The notes under the pieces are model-generated. The model saw nothing but the letters and a program-made list of their open reading frames with translations. It was not told where the DNA came from and did no database searches. The position numbers were made by a program, and so were the translations under genes. From assembly GCA_030704615.1 (NCBI GenBank), contig CM060734.1:25916001-25980000 (forward strand): DNA of 64,000 nucleotides, written 5' to 3'. The stretch comes from Takakia lepidozioides (taxonomy: Eukaryota > Plantae > Bryophyta). Position 1 is the first letter of the stretch, and the number at the start of each line of letters is the position of its first letter. Of this stretch, positions 25,116 to 35,762 are shown one piece after another.

Positions 25116-25866
25116 TCACCAAGTCGACGGAACTTCGATACCCCTCAAAACAAGCTCATCATTGCTGCGGCACCTCGAGGTAAACTGCAATTCGGTCGTT
25201 CTGCTGCCCTTGCTGGAGCCGACGACAATGTCATGTCCATCAATGATACCACCATCATACATTGACAAGGTCACTGTGGGCCTCATGTGCCCGTGCGATT
25301 CGTCTTCGCAACTCAGCCGAATGTCTCCATACACTGGAAGAGCGGAGTGATCTGCACGTATATAGTTTTCCCCGGTGTCGTCCTCCCTGGTCCACTGGCA
25401 GCAGTTCCAGCGCCAAAGCGAGGCCGTGCGTGATCTGTCCGGCATCCCTTTCAGCTTGGTATATCGAGGTCAACAATTTTCAGGACCCACGGACCGCATT
25501 GACCCTCGCCCTCACCTCGCTCAAAGCGGTAATAGCCCTCCAGATACTCCATTGCGCGCAAAGACTCTTGCTTGATTCCAGCAGCGTCTGTGAAAACAGA
25601 GAGCCAGACAATGATGTCTCCTGATTCTGGTTTGAACATAGCATAATCGTGGCCATGATAAGGGCAGTCGGCTGGATTTCGGCGGCACGACATCCTTGAA
25701 AAAGAGTAGCGGAGTACGCTCAATGACAGCAGCTCCCGGATGGAGGAGGAGCAGCGCGGTGGCTGGAAAAAGTTCAAGCTAACGCTGCAATTCCTCACAA
25801 ACACTCCAGGGCACATTTGAATTTCCCCCTACAGGATCCTGGACCGATGAAGATTGGCTGCTTCAT
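25116..25866 (-). CDS. Unknown protein, paralog 1 (copy A2, frameshifted)
   Basis: ORFs 25451-25816 and 25116-25445 join into YAMFKPESGDIIVW...RWNCCQWT...ELVLRGIEVPSTW. Confidence 0.65.
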
Positions 25867-26041
25867 GAATGTAGCCGTTTCAGTTTCCTACCCTGCCATG
25901 CAAACTATGGGCACTCACTGCCAGGTGGGCCGATAGCCACTGGACACGACAAAGTCCATCCCCTCTTCGATGTAAATGCGGCGCCGAATTTCCATCCGGG
26001 GGGATGGACTTCGGTGGCAGATCTCAAACTATAACTTCTTG

Positions 26042-26786
26042 ATGAGAAAGATGTATGGGTTCATCCACCTCCGTCGGTGGGTACGTGGGACCCAGATGCT
26101 CCATTATTGGAGGCCGGACTGCTCTTCCGCTTCGCATCATTTCCAAAATCTAAGGGCTTCGTAGCTGTCCGCAAGGTCATTGTCATCTGCATCCAAGTCG
26201 TCCTCAGGTCCTCCTATGCAAGGATGCCGTGCTTCCGGAACCGGGACGACTGCCCATTTGGAGGCATCGATTATGCAATGTATTCGGCCACATCGGGAGA
26301 CATTGTTATCTGGTACACAGATTACACAGAAGATACTGGTTCGATTGTGGAAACATGGTGGCTTTTGAGTATATCGTAGGCCACTATGCCTTCGAGCGGG
26401 GTGACGATCTTGGTCTGAGGAGTCCGTGGCTCCTGCGCATCCTCGATTCCGATTTTCCCAGCTACGACGGTCACCCATGCAGAAGAAGGCGCACTGCTAT
26501 GCTGTTGCGGTGGAACTGCTGCCACTGGACGTGGGTGGACTCCATCGGAGAGACCTATTCTCCTCAAGGAGTGCGCTCCTCTTCTCCATTGTATGGGGAC
26601 ATTCGCATTGGTGTGGACGACGAAAACGTGAAGATTTCCATATTCGATGGTGGTATGATTGAAGGGCAGGACATTGTGGTGAACATCACTAGGGGCGGTA
26701 CAACGGCTGCAATTGACTTTACATGGAGGAGCCCCATGACTCATGAGCTAGTTCTGAGAGCAGTCGAAGTCCCATTGACAACGTGA
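26042..26786 (+). CDS. Unknown protein, paralog 2 (copy A2, frameshifted)
   Basis: ORFs 26077-26379 and 26229-26786 match 5348-6082. Confidence 0.7.
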
Positions 26787-27249
26787 CTTGTATTCAGTAG
26801 GCACAGGGCTCAAGATTTGATGGCACAATCAGCACAGTAGACGTGCTTCAAATGCAATTCATGTGGATCAATAAAAACCTCATTGTGCCCTCTTTTTATT
26901 CTATTATGTGTCCATCGTTCCCAGAATGCGTCATTGCTCATTTCGTTTGGGATTGGGAGTGTGGGTGGATTTTGCAAGTGGCTGGTAGGCTGAAATGGGC
27001 CCCCATTGTACAGAGCAGTACCACCCTACCATTCGCAAAACATTGCCTTTCAATATATAATTCTAAATAACATTGCCGAACCTCCTTCATCGGGAGGTCC
27101 TTCTCCCCCTATGACCGTGGCACCCTAAACCCTATTCCCGCGGACACTCATTTCCGGAAAATAGTGCTGCTCATGTTTTTTTCCACACTTACGACTCTGC
27201 TCATGGCTCATGCCGCTCATGGCTCATGGCTCATGAAATAGCAGCCCCC

Positions 27250-30200
27250 TATTCGTGGCATGTGTCTTCAAACTCACCTCCCCACTCTGTGCCATTGTCA
27301 GTGAGCAACGTATGTGGGCAGCTATACCTGTCAATTACTTCTTCCTCAAGAAAGCGGGCAGCAAGGGCTGCTGTATGATCTGCCACTGGTGCAGCTTCTA
27401 TCCATTTTGAGAAGTGATCGATTGCCACCAGAAAGTACTGATTGCCCCTGCTGGTTATAGGTAATGGTCCTGCCGTGTCAATTGCAACTCTGAAAAACAG
27501 ATCCACTACTGGAATGCTGTGAAGTTTTGAGCTACCTGAGCACAACACTCCGTTCCGTTTGGCCATCTGACATTTACCACAGCCCTTGAGTACTTGCCTG
27601 ATGAGTTTTGTTCTATCATTCCAGAAATAACGTCGGCATATCTCCTCTTGTGTTCTTCTGACTCCAAAGTGGCCAGTGGCTTCATGTACTTCAATGATTA
27701 TTGCCCCTCTGTCAGTTCTTGGTGGAACTACCCTTCCATCAAAGTAGACCTCACCTTTGAGATAGGAGTACTGCCTTGCCCGCCTCTTGGCTCTCTTGCT
27801 CTCCTCTTTTGTCAGGTAGTCATTGACTTCTCCAAAACATAAGAGGTGCATGACTTCCACATCATCAAGCACATCAGGTTGCCTTTCCTCCTTAACAGCT
27901 GCTGTATGATGGTCAGAGCTGATGAGAGAGCTTTTCCCCCATCTTTCAGCCTCACGTAATAATGACATCTGAGTAGCTTTGGTGGGTGCGGTCCATGGTA
28001 CCCAGTCCCCTTCATCAATCTTGTTGCAAGAAGAAGTGTCTTGTTCTGAACCACTTGTTCCATCACTGTCTGAAGAACAAAACGTCTTGGTGGAACACTC
28101 ACCCCCCATGTTTTCCTTGGCTGGGCATTCTGATGAGGAAGTCACCCGCGTTCTTCTTGTTGTTGGAGTGCTTGTCAAGTGTTGAAGGAATGGTGTCTCT
28201 TGCAAGCTTCCCTTTTCATTGTTCGATCTCTCTTCCACAAGTTCACAGGCTGGATGTACCTCGCTTAGCTCCTTATCACGAGCACGAGATCCTCGGGTAA
28301 TCACATGGATGGTGGGACAAGAGGGCATCAGATGCTCCCTTTCCTTGTTGCTGATTGCAGTAGCCTCTATCCTTCCTGCACCCTTATCCTTCCAAATACC
28401 CTCCCTTACCAGATTGACAGAGCTTGATTGATCAATACCCTTTCCTTGTTTTTTTGTAGCAAAAGTCTGTGCAGCAAAAGTCACCCTCTTTCCTTCTCCA
28501 TCTGGCATCATGCCTGGTTTCAGTTCTCCCTTCAATATGCCATGATCCTTGGTCAACATTCCACCTGTGGAAGATCTTACTATGCCCGGAACGAACTCAA
28601 ATGAAAAGTCACCGAGTAAGTCTATGCCTATGTGGTGCTCTGAGTACAGCCACCAATATGGATCTAGATCTGTTTCCAAAGAAAAATGACTTCCCAACAG
28701 TATTTTCTTGAAGTGCCAAAGGCCCCATACACATGCATAGTACTCTTCTCTTTTGCAAATCATCTCCCCTTTTTCACTGCTATACCCTACTTGCCTATGA
28801 GCTTCTTCTCTCAACTCCTCCTTACCCTCCTTAAATTGAAATAACAAAGCATTGATGGCACCCCTATCCCAAGCTAGCTTAAGAAGATAGGCTCCATCCC
28901 TCTTTCTCCCTTCTCTTTTCTGACTGTACAGAGAAGTAGAGTATACCTCGATTTCCTCGGTTTCCTCAGCTGGTCCCACTGGATACCTGCTTAGTGCATC
29001 TACGTTAGCATGACTAGCACCTGCTCTGTGAACAATTTTAAACTCAAAATCTTGTAACATCATGATCCATCTACCCCTGCGTCCATATGCGTCACTTACC
29101 ATTGCCAACCACTCCAGTGGTTTGTGATCAGTCCTGATTACAAAAGGGGTTCCATACAGGTACTGCCGAAAGTGTAATACTCCCCACACCAGGGCATAGC
29201 ATTCACCTTCCATAGGGTGATATTTGCGCTGAGCATCAGATAGTACCTTACTGGCGTATGCAATGACCCTCTCCTTTTTATACTCCTTTTGTGACAAGAC
29301 TGCCCCTACTCCTTTGATGGACCAGTCAACATCCAAGACGAACGGTCTTGAGAAATCTGGTCTTGCCAGGATGGGAGCAGTTACCAACTTCACCTGTAAG
29401 GCAGAAAAGGCGTTTTGTGCCTCTGCACTCCAGATAAACTTCACATCCTTCTTGGTTAGAGTGAACAAGGGTACTGCCACTCCAGCATATCCTTTGACAT
29501 AGGGCCTATAGTACCCTGTCATGCCTAAGTAGATTTTGAGAGCAGTGTGGTTTTTGGGCAAGGGAAACCTTTCAATAGCAGCTATCTTATCTGGATCAGG
29601 CCACGTTCCCTCTTCAGAGATCACATGCCCAAGGAATACCAACTGTAAGTTGGCAAAGTAACACTTGTCCGGATTGAGCCTAAGATTGGCCTTTCTAACC
29701 TTGCTCAATACTCTCTTTATATGTCCCACGTGATCTCCCCAGTCCTTCGAATGGATATTGATGTCATCTACAAAAACTTTAGCGCAATCTTTGATTTCTT
29801 CCTTGAGCACCCTATTCATTGTTCTCTGAAAGGTAGCAGTGGCATTTTTTAGCCCGAATGGCATGACTAGCCATTCATACAATCCCTTCTTCGTGATCAC
29901 TGCTGTTTTGCCTATGTCTCGGTCGTCCATTTTGATCTGCCAAAAACCAGATTGTAAATCCAGCGCAGAAAACCACTTGGCTTTCCCCAACTGGTTTAAA
30001 ACATCCTGAATTAATGGCATAGGGTAAGAGTCCCTTCTGGTTAAACGGTTTACTGGCCTAAAATCACCACAAAACCGCTTGGATCCATCTTTTTTTGGTG
30101 GAAGGGTAACTGGACACGACCATTCTGAACTACTCTCTCTCATCTTGCCTTGTGAGATCAAAGTCTCAATTTGTCCTTGGACCTCGTCTTCCTCCCATTC

Positions 30201-30845
30201 TGATAGGCGGCTGGGACGACTTCTGCAAGGGGGAAAACCTTGTGTGTCAATTGTGTGTTCCACCTCACTGCAGTATCCCAAGTCAGCCTTGCTAAGAGCA
30301 AAGCATTCCTGGTTTGCTTTCAGCTCTTGCTCCAGCTCTATCCTATGTTCTGGGGCCAGTTCTGGGTTGATGTGCAGTCTGGATTTCAGACTTCTCCAAC
30401 GACTCTCCATTTCTTCCTCTTGACTGGGTTCCCAATTCTTTCCCTCCACCTGGCTTACAGAGTTAGCCATTCTCCGTCCTTCCTCTTGTGTGACAACCTG
30501 ATTCCAATCATGGAAGTCATCCTCTATTTCTAGGTTGTTGTTCCCTAGTTCACCATTCCAAGCTTTCTGGTAAGCTTCTTGTATTATGGCAGCAGCCATG
30601 CTCTTATGGGTCTCTTCCTGAAGGAGTTCAGACATCCCTTGGTCCTCGAACAAGTCCTCCCCTAGGTTGACATCGTCTATTATTTCCTCAACATCCCTCA
30701 GTGCTGTTTCTACCTCCTTACTCTCCTCAGAGCCTCCCATCTCCTCATCTTTATCAGATTTAGAGGTGTCAGAACCTGAGGATGCTTCCTCCGTGTCCTC
30801 ATATTCTTCCTCTGGTTTTCTTTTCTTCTCCCACAAGCCTAGGTA
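27250..30845 (-). CDS. pol: Gypsy-1 pol: RT, RNase H, degenerate second RNase H segment, linker, integrase N-half
   Basis: LDLQSGFWQI, MPFGLKNA, FVDD, DVDWS...ECYALVW...TDH, HHCC (HEATGH...CGKC), IDTAG and TDNG; cut by MULE A2. Confidence 0.95.
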
Positions 30846-32678
30846 CTATTCATCTGACGTCAGGGTTAAGACATTACCTGCTGACGTACTGCTTGCATAT
30901 CTCATTCTACTCTCGACCCCTCTATGATAGGCTGTTTTGGTAACTGCAGGCTCATTATAATCGATGGTGTGTAAAGGGAAGTGAGCAAAATCCTTTCCTG
31001 GCCCATAGCGTACGCGAATTGTTTCAGCTTCGGTGTCCACTACAGCGCCAAACTTTTTGAGAAAGTGTAATCCCAGCAGCATGTGATATGTATCCGTGTT
31101 CACCACCATAAAGGACAAACGATTGGTCAGTTCTCCTACTTTGACCTTGATGTCCTCAAGTCTGCCCATTGCAGTCTCAAGAGCACCTGAGGCTACTCTG
31201 TAATCCTTACTAGTAATGACAGATCCCATCAAACCAAGATCCCTGACTGTACTAGCTGATATTACAGAAAGCATGGCACCAGTGTCAATCTGGCCTAATA
31301 CTTGGTAATCTCCCATTGTAATCATTACATGAAGCGCTTTAACCTTACCAGTATAAGCATACGAGATCGTGGGCTCAGCGTGTGCTGAGTACAAAGGCCT
31401 TAGTACATCCTTCACAACTTCTACACTATGAGTTGTCTCCCTTTGTTGGACCATTGCTCTTTCCACCACTTTGACCAGCCCTTTCAATTTGTCTAGCTCT
31501 CCGGGCACAGTCATGATCAGGTCCATGGGCGACAACGATATTCTCCCTTTGTAGAAGTGGTTCAAGATTCTGGATTTCGTACCTCCTTCTATAGCATTTT
31601 TGAAATTGTTCTTTGGGTAGATTTCACTCTTGGTCTTGCTTGGCTGTTCACTGCTCTCACTATTCCTTTCTGGTGACCCTGTAGGTTCAACAATCGGACT
31701 CTGGACAGGTATGCGTGTCCTTGGAAGTCTGACTTCATTGATACTATTTCGTGACATCAGATCTGTCATCTCTGCGAGTACATCATCCTCATCATCATAG
31801 AACACATCTACAAAGTTAGTTCCCGGAGTTCCCATCATAGTTTGGTCGAGTTTTCTACTGCACTCACTCTCCGTATGCCCGAGTAGCTTGCAAAAGTTGC
31901 ATCTCACACCACACATTTCCGTGGAATGCCCGAACCGGTGACATTTGTCACACTTAGCTGGGGTTCTTCCTTCAGGACAATATGCAGCTATGTGACCTTC
32001 TTTGTGACAAACATTACAAAGGCGAACACGAGGTGGTGTTCTAGATCCCGAGCTTTCTCCTATGACTGGTCCCCTATCAAAGTACTTTTGTAGGGTAGTG
32101 TTCAGCTGATCAAGTCTTCTGTCCACAGGGTTAACAAACACAACTGACTCATCTGTATCATCTCCTTCCAATGGCTCTAGAGGTATTTCCCCTAACTTTC
32201 CCAGGCCCCTTTCAATCTCAATGGTTGTGTCAAGTGCTTCCTTTACATCAAGGAAGCGCCTGCCCAACATTACTCTTGCTATTTCTGGTCTCAAACCTGC
32301 TACAAATCTACGCCTCTGTTCCAAATCAGACGCCCCACTTCTTATAAATAACCGGTTCAACCTATCGAAGTATGTTTGAACCCTTTGTCTACTCTCCTGT
32401 TTAATGGTATCCATTCTTAGCCTAATTTCTGCCAAGTCAACGATACCAAACTTGGCTGAAATTGCTGCCCTGAAGTCCACCCAGTTGTTTGGTCTAGGGT
32501 TTTGTTTACGGTACCATTCATCAGCCTTGGCTCTCAGGTTGAGCCTTGCTACCTTGAAAGTTTTGTCCTCATTCAAATCCGTGACATCTGCCTCCATCTG
32601 AATTCTCTCCAGCCAGTCATTTACATCCTCACTATTCCTACCATGATAATGCGCATCTATGCTGGTTGGACTGGTCAT
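30846..32678 (-). CDS. gag: Gypsy-1 gag with three CCHC knuckles plus aspartic protease
   Basis: CNVCHKEGHIAAYC, CDKCHRFGHSTEMC, CNFCKLLGHTESEC; IDTGA...LLGLHFL. Confidence 0.92.
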   Translation of the reverse strand: MTSPTSIDAHYHGRNSEDVNDWLERIQMEADVTDLNEDKTFKVARLNLRAKADEWYRKQNPRPNNWVDFRAAISAKFGIVDLAEIRLRMDTIKQESRQRVQTYFDRLNRLFIRSGASDLEQRRRFVAGLRPEIARVMLGRRFLDVKEALDTTIEIERGLGKLGEIPLEPLEGDDTDESVVFVNPVDRRLDQLNTTLQKYFDRGPVIGESSGSRTPPRVRLCNVCHKEGHIAAYCPEGRTPAKCDKCHRFGHSTEMCGVRCNFCKLLGHTESECSRKLDQTMMGTPGTNFVDVFYDDEDDVLAEMTDLMSRNSINEVRLPRTRIPVQSPIVEPTGSPERNSESSEQPSKTKSEIYPKNNFKNAIEGGTKSRILNHFYKGRISLSPMDLIMTVPGELDKLKGLVKVVERAMVQQRETTHSVEVVKDVLRPLYSAHAEPTISYAYTGKVKALHVMITMGDYQVLGQIDTGAMLSVISASTVRDLGLMGSVITSKDYRVASGALETAMGRLEDIKVKVGELTNRLSFMVVNTDTYHMLLGLHFLKKFGAVVDTEAETIRVRYGPGKDFAHFPLHTIDYNEPAVTKTAYHRGVESRMRYASSTSAGNVLTLTSDE

Positions 32679-33118
32679 CCTTCTATTCTCTAGTCAAAGT
32701 TCAAACTGTTTCAACACCTAATTCTGACTCTAATTTTCCCGCAACTCCCTTAATGTTGACCTCTATACCACTCCCACTGTCCATTTCGCAACATCTCTAC
32801 TCTACCTCCCCATGTCACCTCTCGTGCCATGGTATTTATCTTCACCCACCTTCCTAACTCTCTTATCCAAAGTGCTATGGTTGTTCTTCCACCAGTATGT
32901 ATCACTCTAAGACATAAATCACCATTCGCTATTCTCCAAGCAGGGTTGAAGAAGTACAAACAAGGGTCTGCGTGTGCATTTGGTGTGCGTCTGCTGAAGC
33001 AAATCAGCACATCTCCAATGCTTGGTTCATCAGGAATCAGTGTGTGGTCTCTTCCTGCCATCAAACCATCCAATACCAGTCAAGATCCCTAGCTAGTAGA
33101 AATCAAGATTTAACATCA

Positions 33119-33130
33119 GCTCTGATACCA
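33119..33130 (-). promoter_or_regulatory. Primer binding site (tRNA-iMet)
   Basis: Reverse complement is TGGTATCAGAGC. Confidence 0.92.
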
Positions 33131-35278
33131 AAAGAAGGGGCGTGAATCCCCTTCTGTATAATTCTAATTGTGCTCCCCTCCATTCTAAGCGGAGCAAAAG
33201 AAAGAAACGTTCTTCTAGTTTGTCCAACTGTCGTCACTTGGCTGTGGGTTTCCCTCAGGTCCTTTGTGATCAGAGTTCAAGCAATCCTCATCCACGCCGC
33301 AGCGGAAGAGAAGACATGGATGGGGAGTCAATTTGTTGTTCACTCTTGGTTCTACCTTTTACACAACATCCCCTACCTGCAGGTACAGCACCAGCTATGC
33401 TGGTGCGATGTATTCAGTGATGCAATCAGCCCTATGTCAGTGATGAAACCCTGCCCTTGTGGGCAGTTCCCTTGGTCAGCAACACGTCGGAATCCCCCTT
33501 TTGTAATGAGATCACGGTCTAGGTGGATGGGCAGCTCAGATCTGCCATGAACTGCAGGCCCACTAGTTTGATCATTCAGGGTTCATGTCTTCTTGACCTT
33601 GGCTCTCCATTTGTCCATCCCTCATCAACCCTTTCTCCCTTCTTCACTTTTTCTTTCTCTCACACTCTTTTTCTTTCATGTGTGGATTCCTCACTTTTCT
33701 CCACAACAGCATGGCTACGATGCAATGCAATGCACATCCAGCCAGGCATCCAGTGCATCCATCATTGAAGTCAACCTTGGTCACACAAGAGATAATCTGC
33801 CCCTCTGTCAGTCTTTTTCTCTCTCTCTTTCCAGTGACTGGTCCTTGCACTACCTTTCCCCAAAAGTATCCTGTTTGGTCAAGGTGCTTCACAACCCTTC
33901 TACAGATCTCAATTCACACACCCTGACAGCTCTCCTTTTCTCCTCAACTTCGAACATCAGTCATTCACATGTAGGGAACACTTCTAGAAATCAGATCCAA
34001 ACCCCAAAACAGTATTGACTTTCCTTCCCCATCCACGTCATCCCTTCTCAGCTCTTCAAATCAGTTTCTTAATGACCATCCTTGTTTTCCTCATTCCACT
34101 AAGCTAGTTCTACACTGGCTCCACTGTTTTAACATCCAAGGCTGCATAGTTTTGCTGGCTGAAAACACTGAAAACAAAGGAAAGGAACACAAGAACAGCA
34201 ACCATTCTGACCCTGAGGTGAGATATCCCTGTCCCCTCTCATTTTCCTAATAACAGTGTAACAATAGGTGCATCCATCTCCACCCTATCCTGGTTTGAAT
34301 TCCAGTGTCTTCATTCCATTTTTCAAAGGCCTTTTCTACTCCTCACATTTCTGTCCCCTTTAGTAGATACAAGAGACAGTTCCAAAAACTTCACAAAGTC
34401 ATTCCTAAGTGCCAAAAAGGAAGCCAACACTCTTCGAACTTATCTGTCTTATACTCATTGAAGCGGTGGGTCTGCCTGTCAAGAAGGCACCTTGTCATCT
34501 CCCTTGTCAGCCATTTCCGACGTTTCTTCTTATCGTGATTCCAGTCCGCATTAAGGCATGACGGCTTTGCTTCAGCTGCTGGCACATCCTTGTGCCTGCC
34601 AACCTCTACCCTATCCTTCTACATGTGCATTTCTTCCCTATGAAGTGATCTGGTCCTACAGCTCAAAAACAGACAGCAGCTACAAGATTTGATCACAGAC
34701 AACCTGAGGTGCTATACACACCAGCCTGCACTTCTCATCCCCCAACACTTGCTGAGCCGCTCCATCTCCTCATTAATGTGCTCATCAAGACAATGGCGAC
34801 AGCAGTGGTGCACCGCCCTTATCACAAACCTGATCCCTCAGGTTTGATCATTGCTTACGAAGAAGGCGGCACCGCTTCTTCTTGCACAGAAAGCCAAGCA
34901 CGAGCTCTTAACGTTTCTCTTTAAAGCAAGCTGATACCCTTTGCGTAGGTGGAACTTTCTCAGATATCCTGTGCTGTCAGCACCACTGCAGCAGCTGCGA
35001 AAAGATGCACGCACTCTTCCCCTTCGAATTTCACATCCTGCTTCTAGGGTTCAACATCATGGATGAAAATCATTCATCCTAGGGCTGAAAAAGGTGCATG
35101 TCATAACTTAGCCATATTTTGTTCTTGGCAGATCAATAGCATAGTCTTTCCATGGAATTACCTCAAGTTATGGACAATTCCTCCCCTTCATTAGCACGAA
35201 GGGCACTCCCTTTGTAGTAGTGCCGAAACCTGATGCCAAACAAAAACTTGAATTTTTACCCCCTGCATTCACACTACA
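33131..35278 (-). repeat. 5' LTR of Gypsy-1 copy 1 (lacks terminal CACACTACA next to the PBS)
   Basis: Homologous to 9151-11217; + strand starts AAAGAAGGGG directly after the PBS. Confidence 0.88.
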
Positions 35279-35762
35279 AAAGGTTGTCCAAGCAATTCTT
35301 TCAGAGATTCTTGGAATTGCCAGACGGTTGCAACGAAAACATTATTAAGAGAGTGCATGATGCAGATCCTGAGTGGGGTCTGGAGAAAGGAGTGATAAAG
35401 ATTTATCAAGTGGCCTGTAGAGGGAGAGCAAGTTGGTTACCAATGCTGGTTTATGTGATAGCGTTGCTATCCATTGAACGAGTGGAGTTTGAAGGCTGAG
35501 AGGAAGGGAAAGTGAATGTTTACACTCATATGCATGAAGAGTTGGTATTGGTAAAGAATTGGATTCCTAAGGATATCCAATGGATCAATTTGACACCAAG
35601 AACAGCTTTTCAGACGTGCTTGCCATATGGTTATATGGTAACACAGACTTCTAGTATAGCCAAGGGTGCATTGAAGCTTGAAAGAAATCCAGGCATATAC
35701 GAGAGATACTACAGAAGAGAGTTTTGGTTATTGCCTCATTAAAGATATGAAAGACATGGGAC

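Larger units (their letters stand above)
11931..27249 (-). mobile_element. Complete 15.3-kb Mutator-like element (MULE subfamily A, copy A2)
   Basis: Perfect 9-bp TSD TATTCGTGG at 11922-11930 and 27250-27258. Short imperfect TIRs GAGGTTTACTATTTCATGAGC / GCTCATGAAATAGCAGCCCCC. Removing it restores the integrase reading frame seen intact at 51415-51460. Confidence 0.95.
9142..35278 (-). mobile_element. Gypsy-1 LTR retrotransposon copy 1 (full length, interrupted by MULE A2)
   Basis: LTRs 9142-11217 and 33131-35278, tRNA-iMet PBS 33119-33130, gag-PR, RT-RH-INT, PPT at 11229-11236. Flanks share AAAG (9138-9141 / 35279-35282; probably a 5-bp AAAGG TSD with one G lost). Confidence 0.9.

Noticed and set aside
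27121-27134. Telomere repeat / telo-box CCCTAAACCCTA near the right MULE end (also ~6423)
   Set aside because: Under two units; too short to call without enrichment data.
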